Shown: positions 37,433 through 46,301 of the stretch, piece by piece
Position numbering within the stretch: the stretch's first letter is position 1
Layout of the letters: each line of letters starts with the position of its first letter
Virus record (IMG/VR): IMGVR_UViG_3300030497_000015
DNA: 64,000 bases
DNA from: a virus
Strand: one strand, 5' to 3'
The notes under the pieces: model-generated
Database searches by the model: none
The model's input: only the letters and a program-made list of their open reading frames with translations
What the model was told of the DNA's origin: nothing
Made by a program: the position numbers and the translations under genes

Positions 37433-38290
37433 TCACCTCCCCTCGACTATGACATCGAGAGTCTTTTCTCCGAATGCTCGAGCCCGTGAAAGGTCGCTTA
37501 TGAATACATCTATCTCGTGAAAATCGATCGCCCCTCCTCGGTCCTCACATACCCCAGAAATGCCGAGAGAAGGAATAGACATCTTTGTCCCGAACGAGAA
37601 CTCCGGACCGCAAGCGAGCGTCCTGCCCTCTGTGACTGTCGTTCCCGATGCGGTGATTCCGTAGCCTGCCTCTCCTGCCTTCTTTTGAGTGCTCTCGTAG
37701 CCTGCCGTATATGCCGTAACGTGCATTCGAATTGTCTGTCCGCTCTGTTGCTGCGGGGCCGCTTCTTTTATAGGTCTACTTTGAGTATCCCTTCGAACAT
37801 CTCCTCGAGTATCTCGAGAGGAATTGAGTTGAGCTTGTTTTCGCTGTTGGGCTTCGTGAGCCTTTCGAATCTCTTCCGCTTTTCGCTTTCGAGCTTCTGC
37901 GATACGGAGAGCTTTCTCCTTCTCCCTATCTTCGGCGGCTTTAATTTCTTGAGCTCGTTTAAAAGCCATCTCAAGATTCGACTTCTTCTCCGTCGTTTTC
38001 TCGAGTTCATATCGTTCTACCTCCTTTTCGAATTTCTTGAGAGCCTCATGTGAGCTTACCGAGGGACTCTCCTTTCCCATGAGTTCGACTTCTGCCGTGT
38101 CATGGTGTCTATACTGCGGGACTGCTGCGACTGTCGATGCTACTATGAACATCGCTGCGATGAATCCGAAGAGAAATCTCTTTTTAAAGAGGGCTACTCT
38201 CCTCGATTCCTCCTGCCGCTTCTGTTTTTCTAGCTGACGAAGCTGCCTGCGTTTCGCCTTCCTCCTCTTGAGTTCCTTTTGATTCTGCAT
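37433..38290 (-). CDS. Membrane-anchored 3D-domain protein (lytic transglycosylase-like)
   Basis: TM, coiled coil, then VTAYT...GITASG...EDRGGAI...IDVF. Confidence 0.85.
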   Translation of the reverse strand: MQNQKELKRRKAKRRQLRQLEKQKRQEESRRVALFKKRFLFGFIAAMFIVASTVAAVPQYRHHDTAEVELMGKESPSVSSHEALKKFEKEVERYELEKTTEKKSNLEMAFKRAQEIKAAEDREKEKALRIAEARKRKAEEIRKAHEAQQRKQAQLNSSRDTRGDVRRDTQSRPIKEAAPQQQSGQTIRMHVTAYTAGYESTQKKAGEAGYGITASGTTVTEGRTLACGPEFSFGTKMSIPSLGISGVCEDRGGAIDFHEIDVFISDLSRARAFGEKTLDVIVEGR

Positions 38291-38858
38291 TCGTGAATGC
38301 CTCCTTGTAATGACGACGACAAACGGAGATATACTCCTCGTCCCCGACTTGTATTTGCTCCCCGTCAATAGCAGGAGAGCCGTCCACGAGTCGAAGATTC
38401 ATCGTCGCTTTCTTTTCGCATCTCTCGCATATGGAGATAATCTCTTCGATGCGTTCTGCGTAGGCGAGTAAAGCTGCTGAGCCTTCGAAAAGGTCGTTTT
38501 TAAAGTCGTTCTTTAATCCGTAGCAAAGTACGGGGATTCCTAATCGGTCGACTACCTCCGCCGCTTGTTCGACTTGCTCCCTCGTGAGGAACTGAGCCTC
38601 ATCGACGAGAATCACGTCTGGACGCAAGAAAGTCGCATACTCAAGAATCTTCATCGGCTCGTAACCGCTCCATGCGTGAGCATCTCGAGTGATGCCCCAT
38701 CGAGAAGAGATTTTCCCCTTGCCTGACCTCGTATCTATGCTCGGAGTAAAGAGCATTACTTCCCGACCTTTTCTCTCGTAGCTTGTAGCTGTTTTGAGAA
38801 GCTCGAGACTCTTTCCTCCATCCATCGGACAATATTTGAAATAGAGATTCGCCATCAT
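38184..38858 (-). CDS. tdk: Thymidine kinase
   Basis: MDGGKS, ILVDEAQF, CYGLKNDF, CERC, YISVCRRHY. Confidence 0.95.
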   Translation of the reverse strand: MMANLYFKYCPMDGGKSLELLKTATSYERKGREVMLFTPSIDTRSGKGKISSRWGITRDAHAWSGYEPMKILEYATFLRPDVILVDEAQFLTREQVEQAAEVVDRLGIPVLCYGLKNDFKNDLFEGSAALLAYAERIEEIISICERCEKKATMNLRLVDGSPAIDGEQIQVGDEEYISVCRRHYKEAFTNAESKGTQEEEGETQAASSARKTEAAGGIEESSPL

Positions 38859-38900
38859 GTTTCCTCCTTTTCGCTCCGATTCGAAGCGTTCTCCCAGATT

Positions 38901-38928
38901 TTAGCGAATGCGGTCTCCATATCGGGAC
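38901..38928 (-). promoter_or_regulatory. Phage-sigma promoter (tdk)
   Basis: GTCCC-17-CGCTAA. Confidence 0.65.
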
Positions 38929-39000
38929 ATAAAAAAAGAGCCCCGAAGGGCTCAAGAACGCAAAAAAGACGAGCCGAAGCCCGTCCTTATACTGATTAGT

Positions 39001-39105
39001 CTATAATTTGTTAGTTGGTTCGGTTTCTTCATTACCCGTACCATTACATCCCGTGCAAGTATCTAATCCGTTATATCCTTTTCCGTTGCAATGTATACAT
39101 GCCAT
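39001..39105 (-). CDS. 34-aa DnaJ-type Zn-finger peptide (not in ORF track)
   Basis: MACIHCNGKGYNGLDTCTGCNGTG...; AAGGAG RBS. Confidence 0.6.
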   Translation of the reverse strand: MACIHCNGKGYNGLDTCTGCNGTGNEETEPTNKL

Positions 39106-39171
39106 TATTTCATTCTCCTTTTGTCTGAATACGTGTTTTTTTCATATGGAGGAGAGCCGAAGCCCTCCGTT

Positions 39172-39468
39172 TTATATTGCTATATTTGTTATTACGATTC
39201 TATTCGGAACTATTTCGATATCATATCGAAGAGCTATGCTCACTTCGTCGATTCTGGAAGCCTGCGGAAGCTTGACTCCCTCGTCTATCATCATGTTAAG
39301 GATATCCCTTGCCGCCTCGATTGCGTCTGCCTCATCGCTGCCGACCGTAGTCGCAGGAAGTCCCATCCTTATTAAGTCGGGGAATTTGACAGCGACTTGC
39401 TCTTCGTCCTTTGTCGGGTGTTTCTCCCAATATAAAACCGCAGGATATTCGATTTTCTTTTCGCTCAT
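39172..39468 (-). CDS. hicB: HicB-family antitoxin (short, no DNA-binding domain)
   Basis: YPAV...VKFPDL...T.G....EAIEAARDIL; own promoter TTTACA-17-TATAAT. Confidence 0.85.
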   Translation of the reverse strand: MSEKKIEYPAVLYWEKHPTKDEEQVAVKFPDLIRMGLPATTVGSDEADAIEAARDILNMMIDEGVKLPQASRIDEVSIALRYDIEIVPNRIVITNIAI

Positions 39469-39600
39469 TAATTTTCGTCCTCCTCGTATTCCTCGTGTCT
39501 GTCGATAAACTTATTATAACCGTATTGCCTTTAATTGTAAAGTGAGAAGTGATATACTTTATAAAGGGAGAGAGAGTCGCAATCCCTCTCCCCGTCAATC

Positions 39601-39807
39601 TTATTTGAATGTCAATCCCGATTGTGTTTCGAGCTCGTCGAGTGGTCCTCCGTAGTATTCCTTTTGACCTCTTCGAATCGCTGTTCGTCTCCCGTCGGGA
39701 TGAATCCATTTCTCGTGCTTCGCTCCTTCGTGCTTGATGAATCCTGCTTTGCGAAGTTGCTTTTCGATTGCTTTCGTTTTAAGTACTCGTCTTGGCATCG
39801 CCTTCAC
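39601..39807 (-). CDS. hicA: HicA-family toxin (mRNA interferase)
   Basis: LRKAGF...GAKHEKWIHPDGR. Confidence 0.85.
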   Translation of the reverse strand: MKAMPRRVLKTKAIEKQLRKAGFIKHEGAKHEKWIHPDGRRTAIRRGQKEYYGGPLDELETQSGLTFK

Positions 39808-39996
39808 CTCCTTGTCGACTTGTCGACTTGTCGTCCCTGTCGACTACTTAATAATAACATGATACGGATTACCAGTCAATAGTATTTCGAAAAAAACTTC
39901 GAAATATTTTTTTCGTTGACAAGATTTCCGTATACATGATAAGATAACCGTATCACATCGACAACAATGATTCGTCGAGAATACGGAGGACATACC

Positions 39997-40326
39997 ATGA
40001 GTGAGAGGCATGTACAAAAAACGATCATGACGGTCGACCTTTTGCCGATTTTACAAGAGCGTAAAATATCGCAAAGGAAATTCGCTGAAATTTCGGGGCT
40101 TCGGTACGCTACTATAAACGAACTTTGTCAAGGGAATACGCAATTATTGAATCTCGATAATATATGCATCATTTGCGAAGTCTTAGACTTGAATCCGTGG
40201 GACATCGTTCATTATCGCCCTATGACCGAAGAAGAGGTCGCAGCGAAAGAAGAGGATTACAATAAAAAACAAAAAAACTGGTCGGCAGCTAACAAGAAAA
40301 TTGCTGCGGCTGTCCATAAAAAATAA
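39997..40326 (+). CDS. Xre/Cro-family HTH regulator
   Basis: ISQRKFAEISGLRYATINELC...ICEVLDL; divergent from hicA. Confidence 0.85.
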   Translation: MSERHVQKTIMTVDLLPILQERKISQRKFAEISGLRYATINELCQGNTQLLNLDNICIICEVLDLNPWDIVHYRPMTEEEVAAKEEDYNKKQKNWSAANKKIAAAVHKK

Positions 40327-40337
40327 GACGGGAGCTA

Positions 40338-40634
40338 TTAAAGCCCTCGTCTTTTTTCGTGTATTCGATATACTCTTTCGGCTGAGTTCATTACATCGGG
40401 AAGATGCGTCGGAAGGTCGAAGCCCGAGCTCCCGTCGAATCCTTCGTACTCTTTCGAGTATACTGCGGCTCCTGCCTCATCTGGGTATTTTACTTGAAGC
40501 TCTGCGAGCTCCTTGCTCCACGCATCGTATAGATGGTCGTCGATGATATTTACATTTTTACGATAGTAGAGGTAAGAGTGAACGAGAATTTGTCGTCTCC
40601 GTCTCGATATGAGCTCGATTACTTCGTCTCTCAT
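40338..40634 (-). CDS. Stand-alone N-terminal (domain Ia-like) fragment of NAD-dependent DNA ligase
   Basis: HSYLYY....IDDHLYD....EL..L...YP. Confidence 0.7.
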   Translation of the reverse strand: MRDEVIELISRRRRQILVHSYLYYRKNVNIIDDHLYDAWSKELAELQVKYPDEAGAAVYSKEYEGFDGSSGFDLPTHLPDVMNSAERVYRIHEKRRGL

Positions 40635-40942
40635 ATATCCTCGGGGTCCTCATCTCGAATAAATAACTCCTGTTTATACCATGCTTGAATTACCTTCTCG
40701 ACTTTTATTAACTCGTCGATCGTGCAAGACCTTCCCGCATAGCGATTGCCTCGTCCCCATATAGTGAGCTTTTGTGTGTCGAAGTCAAAGCTCGAAGGGA
40801 AAGCTCCTCCGTTGATTTCGATACTCCTGCCCCCGTTCATGATTCGAGTCGGACGCAAACATGTTTCTCTTAATAATGCGATGAGATGGTCTCGTTTCTC
40901 CCTCCACTCATTCGGCTTTAGTTGGTCGATTGAAATTGACAT
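40631..40942 (-). CDS. Hypothetical protein
   Basis: Start MSISIDQ with GGAGG RBS. Confidence 0.6.
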   Translation of the reverse strand: MSISIDQLKPNEWREKRDHLIALLRETCLRPTRIMNGGRSIEINGGAFPSSFDFDTQKLTIWGRGNRYAGRSCTIDELIKVEKVIQAWYKQELFIRDEDPEDI

Positions 40943-40953
40943 TCCGCTTCCTC

Positions 40954-41112
40954 CTATCGTAGATTTAATCTGCTCGGCTTCTCTTGTCTGCGTTCCTCGA
41001 TTACTTTCTCGACATAAGCCGTACACTGTCCGCATACACCGTTTAAGCGTCCTTCTTCGTGTCTGATAATCATTTTTTCATCTGTGCAAGTACGGCAAAA
41101 TTTGTTCGTCAT
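40954..41112 (-). CDS. Small CxxC...CxxC protein (not in ORF track)
   Basis: MTNKFCRTC...VCGQC; GAGGAGG RBS. Confidence 0.6.
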   Translation of the reverse strand: MTNKFCRTCTDEKMIIRHEEGRLNGVCGQCTAYVEKVIEERRQEKPSRLNLR

Positions 41113-41160
41113 GTTGTTTATTCCTCCTCGTTGTTTTTGAGCTTTCGCCCTTCTATCCGT

Positions 41161-41188
41161 TTAGCGTCCGAGTTCTATCTTTCGGGAC
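41161..41188 (-). promoter_or_regulatory. Phage-sigma promoter
   Basis: GTCCC-17-CGCTAA. Confidence 0.65.
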
Positions 41189-41213
41189 AAAAAAAAAGAG
41201 CCCGAAGGCTCCT

Positions 41214-41357
41214 TTATGCTTTTTCGTAAGTTCTCTCGAAAGTCTTTTTCGGGATAATCCAGATATCGGAACTATCTCCTTCGTTCTGGACTTCCCTGTC
41301 TCCATTCGGCAAGACTCGAAGTACTTCGATTAGTTGTTTCTTTCGATACTTTTCCAT
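41214..41357 (-). CDS. Small hypothetical protein (47 aa)
   Basis: MEKYRKKQLIEV...KKTFERTYEKA; AGGAGG RBS. Confidence 0.55.
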   Translation of the reverse strand: MEKYRKKQLIEVLRVLPNGDREVQNEGDSSDIWIIPKKTFERTYEKA

Positions 41358-41673
41358 TAAGCTTCCTCCTTTACTTACCGTTTTTTATACATAGGACAGC
41401 GTGATTAATCGCCATTCCGAGAAGCATCTCGTCCCTTTGGTCTATCGCCATATGTGGGAATACTTCTTTTAGTGTTTTTTTAAAGTCCTCGAGTATCTCT
41501 ACGTTATTCAAGACGACTCGTCCTCCTTTATTTATCGAGTACGTATTCTCGGAACTCGATTTTTTCGTCGATTTCTTCTTCCGTCATTTCGTCGAAGTGA
41601 GAAAGAGGGACAAAAGCTCCCTCCGTCTCGTTGATTAGGTGTATGAGGTGACGTATTTTCTCATCCCTGCTCA

Positions 41674-42888
41674 TTACATCATCATTCCTGCGATTGCTGC
41701 TGATAGCAAGTTCGCAAGAGTCGCAGCGATTACGGCTTTCATGCCTAGCTGAGCGATTTCTCCTCGACGGCTTGGAGCCATAACTCCCATACCTCCGAGT
41801 AAGATTCCGATTACTGAGATGTTAGCGAATCCGCATAGTGCGAAGCTTGTTACGATTGCCGATTTCGGGTCCATGTCTCCAATAACGGGACCGAAGTTCG
41901 AGAATGCTACGAACTCATTCGCTACGAATTTTTGACCGATGAAGCTTCCTGCTTGTACCGCATCATGCCACGGAACACCTGTGATAAATGCGATTGGAGC
42001 TAGTACGTATCCGAGAATCTTCTCGATTGATAGATTCTCTAATCCGAATAGTCCTCCGATGCCGCCTACGATACCATTCGCAAGAGCTAGTAATGCGATG
42101 AATGCTAGGAGCATCCCTGCGATATTAAGTGCTAGTTGAACTCCTTCTGACGCTCCTTTAGAAGCTGCATCGACGAAGTTTACTGCATCCGACTTCGGAA
42201 GCTTAATATCTTGTTTTGCCTTCGTTGTTTCCGTTTCTGGAATGAATAGCTTTGCCATGACTAATCCCGCAGGAGCGGCCATGAATGAAGCTGCTAGAAG
42301 GTATTCGATCGGAACTCCTAAAAGTGAATATCCGATAAGGACTGAGCCTGCTACTGATGCGAGACCGCCTACCATTGCAGCGAATAACTCTGATTTCGTA
42401 AGCTTCTCGAGATAAGGTTTAATCACGAGCGGAGCTTCCGTAGGTCCGACGAAGATGTCGGCTGTTACTGAAAGAGCTTCGACTTTCGATACTCCTAGAA
42501 GTTTCGCAAGAGCTCCTCCGATTGTTTTAACTAAGAATTGCATAATACCGAAGTAATATAGAATCGAGATTAGAGCCGAGAAAAAGATTACTGTCGATAA
42601 TACTCCGAAAGCCCATACGAACGGGATATCGGGATTCTGCGTGATTCCGCCGAAAAGGAAGTTTACTCCTTCTTGAGTGTAGCCGAGTAACTTATCGACT
42701 CCGTTTCCTATCGCTTGAACTACTTTTTGCCCTACCGTTGATTTTAGAACGATGAAAGCAAATACGATTTGAAGTAGGACTCCGACTCCGACTGTCCTCC
42801 AATTAATCGCCTTCCTGTTGCTCGATAATAGGATTGCTAGTCCTAATAGTGCGACGATGCCGCCTATTCCCCATAAAACGTTAATCAT
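41674..42888 (-). CDS. nupC: Concentrative nucleoside transporter (CNT/NupC family)
   Basis: Multi-TM; IFVGPTEAPL, ASVAGSVL, QKFVANEFVAF, FALCGFAN. Confidence 0.95.
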   Translation of the reverse strand: MINVLWGIGGIVALLGLAILLSSNRKAINWRTVGVGVLLQIVFAFIVLKSTVGQKVVQAIGNGVDKLLGYTQEGVNFLFGGITQNPDIPFVWAFGVLSTVIFFSALISILYYFGIMQFLVKTIGGALAKLLGVSKVEALSVTADIFVGPTEAPLVIKPYLEKLTKSELFAAMVGGLASVAGSVLIGYSLLGVPIEYLLAASFMAAPAGLVMAKLFIPETETTKAKQDIKLPKSDAVNFVDAASKGASEGVQLALNIAGMLLAFIALLALANGIVGGIGGLFGLENLSIEKILGYVLAPIAFITGVPWHDAVQAGSFIGQKFVANEFVAFSNFGPVIGDMDPKSAIVTSFALCGFANISVIGILLGGMGVMAPSRRGEIAQLGMKAVIAATLANLLSAAIAGMMM

Positions 42889-42950
42889 CTTCTTTCCTCC
42901 GTTTTCTTATTTGATTTTTAGAAGGAGCCGAAGCTCCCTCGTCTTTTTGT

Positions 42951-42978
42951 TTAGCGTCCTGCTGCCGAGTTCTGGGAC
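42951..42978 (-). promoter_or_regulatory. Phage-sigma promoter (nupC)
   Basis: GTCCC-17-CGCTAA. Confidence 0.65.
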
Positions 42979-42980
42979 AT

Positions 42981-43694
42981 TTAGTATTGAATTATCTTTC
43001 GATCGAGCTCGTTAAGAGCTGCGTCTACTTGACGAAGGACCTCGACTGCATCCTCCGGACGTGTGATGTCGATTTTATCCGCATCTATTACGAGAACTTG
43101 AGACTTGTCGTAATGATTGAAAACCCAATCATCATAACGAGAGTGAAGTTCCCGCATATAGTCCTCGAGTTCGGGATTATCCTCGAATTGCTCAAAGGAG
43201 CGGCCCCGCTGCTTAATGCGGCTCTCTATCGTTTCGAATGAAGCTCGTAGGTAGATAAATAAGTCCGGACGCTTCTTCGGAGTATCTTCGAGATTCTCGA
43301 CCTCTTCGAGCATGTTCTCGAGTAAGTCGACATAACATTCGTATTCTGCGGCTGCCATGTTTGGCTCGTAGTATTTGCCCGTTACCTTCCCGAAGTATCC
43401 CTCTGCATTTAAGCTTGCGAAGAGTGAATCCTCGTAGATGCTCCTGTCGAGGACGTTGTTTCTGTGTCGCATTGCTCTTTTTATATCTCTGAATCGAGTG
43501 TTTAAAAAGTAGACTTGAAGCGGGAAGGCATATCTCGACTTGTCTGCGTAGAATAATTCGAGTAGTCGATTATCGTCGACACTCTCGAAGAATGCCTCGC
43601 TCCCTAGATGCTTGCTTATTAGTTTTGTATAAGATGTTTTTCCAGCTCCGATCATCGCTCCGATAACTATCACGGAATCTCTCCCTTTCTGCAT
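42981..43694 (-). CDS. Deoxynucleoside kinase (dNK family)
   Basis: GAMIGAGKT, DRSIYED, IKQRGRSFE. Confidence 0.95.
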   Translation of the reverse strand: MQKGRDSVIVIGAMIGAGKTSYTKLISKHLGSEAFFESVDDNRLLELFYADKSRYAFPLQVYFLNTRFRDIKRAMRHRNNVLDRSIYEDSLFASLNAEGYFGKVTGKYYEPNMAAAEYECYVDLLENMLEEVENLEDTPKKRPDLFIYLRASFETIESRIKQRGRSFEQFEDNPELEDYMRELHSRYDDWVFNHYDKSQVLVIDADKIDITRPEDAVEVLRQVDAALNELDRKIIQY

Positions 43695-43708
43695 GTATTA
43701 GCTCCCCC

Positions 43709-44203
43709 TTAGAAAATGAGCTTATTTTTTATTAAGTGTGTGAGTATGATTGCACATGCGTCCGAAGCATCGTCGCTCTCGAATACATACTCCTCGTCGA
43801 GTCCGAGGATAGCTCGAACATTTTCCTCGACTTCGTCTTTCGATGCCTTGCCGTACTGTGCGATAGTGGACTTAATCGCTGTCGGACTATACTCTTCGAT
43901 ATCGTAATCCTTGAAAACGATGTCCGAGACTCCGATACTTTTAAAGATTGCTTGTGTCGCTTTTGCGAAGCGGGAGAATCCCTGCTCTCGAATCACTTGC
44001 CTAAAAGGTCCGTATTCTGCCGAGATTGCTCGCATTTTTGAAGCGATCTGATAAAGCCGTTCTCCGTGTCTCTTCTTCGGATTCGTTCTCGCTCGAGTAG
44101 CGATAAGGAGCGTCGGGAGCCCCTTTTCTACTGCGATCGCTGCGATGCCTGCCGAGCTGAGACTCATATCGAGTCCGAGATATACGTCTCTATGCGACAT
44201 CAT
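43709..44203 (-). CDS. RuvC-like Holliday junction resolvase
   Basis: YLGLDMS, IREQ, ASKDEV, DASDACA. Confidence 0.85.
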   Translation of the reverse strand: MMSHRDVYLGLDMSLSSAGIAAIAVEKGLPTLLIATRARTNPKKRHGERLYQIASKMRAISAEYGPFRQVIREQGFSRFAKATQAIFKSIGVSDIVFKDYDIEEYSPTAIKSTIAQYGKASKDEVEENVRAILGLDEEYVFESDDASDACAIILTHLIKNKLIF

Positions 44204-44337
44204 TTCGGACCCCCCTTCGTTTGTGCTCTTGAAGGTCGATCTTCGTCCTGCTGCGGTTATTCTTCCGAAGCTGCTTTCGTTCTTGCTTGTCGGCTCTATC
44301 CCAATCGGGACGGAGCTCGTAGAGGAACCGTTCGGAC

Positions 44338-45465
44338 TTATGCATCTTTTCGGACCTCCTCGATGAACTCAAGGGCCTCTTTATAACTCGACTTCTTCCA
44401 TTCTGGAATACTCGAATTGATGTAAGCCTTCGCCTGCTTCGTTACTTCTGCGATCTCTTCTTCTGATAAGGAGAGAATACATGCCGTTTTGAAGTTATTG
44501 AACGTCCATTTTTCGAGGTCTAGTTTCGGAGGGAATCCCGTGTTAATCGACTCCATTACATACGCATAGAAGTCGAGAAGCTGAGTCCGATCTTTCTCCG
44601 TGACATGTACATGAAAGGCCCGAAGGTCCGGTGATTTCTTGTAGTCCTCTTCGCTCATCACCCATGCTTTCTTAGAGAGATTTCCGTATACGATTATGAA
44701 ATCATCGAGGGGAGCTTCGGGAGTCCCGTACATAATCGAATAGTTTATACATTGCTTGACGTGGTCGATCTTCGGCTCTTTCATCGAGTATGCGGACGTT
44801 TGAGCTGCTGTCGTTTGCTTCGACTTGATCTCGAGTCCTACTCGTTTCCCTTTCTGCGGGAGATATCGTAAGATGCCGTCGGGCTGTCCGAGAATAGGTA
44901 TCTTATATCCCTTGTGATCTACCCATACGATCTTTTGAGCGAACTTCTCCCATGACGGGAATAGCTTCGTATCCTTCGGGTCCTTGACGCTTGGAATCTC
45001 GATGTATTCGGGCTTATACGGAGGATGCTCTCCGAACTCCTTCTTGTAATGCTTCTCGATGAAAAGCAAGTCCTTCTGGATTAGGTCCCCGAATGCGGTC
45101 CCGATACGTCTCCATCTGCCTTGATGCGGAGGAGTTGGCTGCTCGTCTCGTTTGCTGCCGATTAGTTTCATGAAGAGCTCTCTCGCATCTGAGTTCGCAG
45201 AACTTGGCGAGAAGTATTTCGTTCCCTTCACTCCCCATGCGAGCTTAGGTTTGTGTGTCGATCTGACATCGACTTCGTTTTGTAGAATCTGAATGTCGAG
45301 GGCATCGTCCCATATTTCTTTGTGTCCGTGCCATCGGTCCATCATTGCGAGAAAGCTATCGACGAACTCGTTCGGCTCCTGCTCGGGAGTCTTTCGACTG
45401 CTGCCTGCCGCTCGTTTCGGCTTCTCGTCGAATAATGCTGTTCCGACTTTCTGTGTTAGTTTCAC
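44338..45465 (-). CDS. PD-(D/E)XK (RecB/Cas4-like) exonuclease
   Basis: GTAFGD, GQPDGIL, LEIKS, QCINY. Confidence 0.75.
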   Translation of the reverse strand: MKLTQKVGTALFDEKPKRAAGSSRKTPEQEPNEFVDSFLAMMDRWHGHKEIWDDALDIQILQNEVDVRSTHKPKLAWGVKGTKYFSPSSANSDARELFMKLIGSKRDEQPTPPHQGRWRRIGTAFGDLIQKDLLFIEKHYKKEFGEHPPYKPEYIEIPSVKDPKDTKLFPSWEKFAQKIVWVDHKGYKIPILGQPDGILRYLPQKGKRVGLEIKSKQTTAAQTSAYSMKEPKIDHVKQCINYSIMYGTPEAPLDDFIIVYGNLSKKAWVMSEEDYKKSPDLRAFHVHVTEKDRTQLLDFYAYVMESINTGFPPKLDLEKWTFNNFKTACILSLSEEEIAEVTKQAKAYINSSIPEWKKSSYKEALEFIEEVRKDA

Positions 45466-45508
45466 GTTATCGCCTCCGTACTGAGATAGGCTGTCGCCTT
45501 CTCTTCCG

Positions 45509-45536
45509 TTAGCGAGTGCGAGCTCTCTTTCGGGAC
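45509..45536 (-). promoter_or_regulatory. Phage-sigma promoter
   Basis: GTCCC-17-CGCTAA. Confidence 0.65.
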
Positions 45537-45597
45537 AACAAAAAAAGGAAGCCTTTCGGCTCCCCTCGTTACTACAAAAAAAGAGCCCGAAGGCTCC

Positions 45598-46023
45598 TTA
45601 CTCTATCCCGACGATTGCTTTCGCTTCTTCGAGTGTTTCGCATAACCATAGACGAGACTCTTTTTCTGCGAACTCCTTGCGAAGCTCTGCGATTTTCTCG
45701 TTTACGTCGCCTAACATTAAGTTATTTCTTCGATTAGAATATTTACTATATGTCGGGCTGTTGTATGAATAGTTATTATTTATATTTATATATTTACCCG
45801 TCTTTGCATTTAGCTCATCGCTTAGTTGAGCAAGTCGGACTCTTAGACTTTTCATTTCCTCGACGATTCCAGATACTCCGAACTCTTCATCTACGACCTT
45901 TTCGGCTTCGTCGTGAGTCATTTGCTGACTTCTAATCTTTGCGATTTCCTTCTTTTCCTTTTCGTTTAACATTGCGATAAGGGCTTTTACTCGCTGAGCT
46001 CCTAATACGTTTAACTTCGCCAT
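45598..46023 (-). CDS. Hypothetical coiled-coil protein
   Basis: Start MAKLNV; coupled ORF. Confidence 0.65.
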   Translation of the reverse strand: MAKLNVLGAQRVKALIAMLNEKEKKEIAKIRSQQMTHDEAEKVVDEEFGVSGIVEEMKSLRVRLAQLSDELNAKTGKYININNNYSYNSPTYSKYSNRRNNLMLGDVNEKIAELRKEFAEKESRLWLCETLEEAKAIVGIE

Positions 46024-46301
46024 TATTTCGACTCCCCTTCCTGTTGTGTTTGCGGCTGTGGACGTTCTACGTAAACATATCGAGCGACTGACGCATTCGC
46101 CCAAAAGGCTACTTCTTCGAGCTTCGATAATGCTTCGGCTAGTTCTCGACTATCAGGACATAGCTCGATTAATTTATAAGCATACTCTTTCGCTGTCCCT
46201 CGAATAGTCTCGTATTTCTCGGCTGATTGTGGGTCCGCTCTATGGAAAGAGAAGTTATTTTCGATTACTGCTGAGTAATGCTCCTTAGTTTGCTTGTTCA
46301 T
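46023..46301 (-). CDS. Acb2/Tad1-like helical-hairpin protein (possible immune-signal sponge)
   Basis: NNFSFH...CPDSRELAEALSKLEEVAFWANASVAR. Confidence 0.6.
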   Translation of the reverse strand: MNKQTKEHYSAVIENNFSFHRADPQSAEKYETIRGTAKEYAYKLIELCPDSRELAEALSKLEEVAFWANASVARYVYVERPQPQTQQEGESK

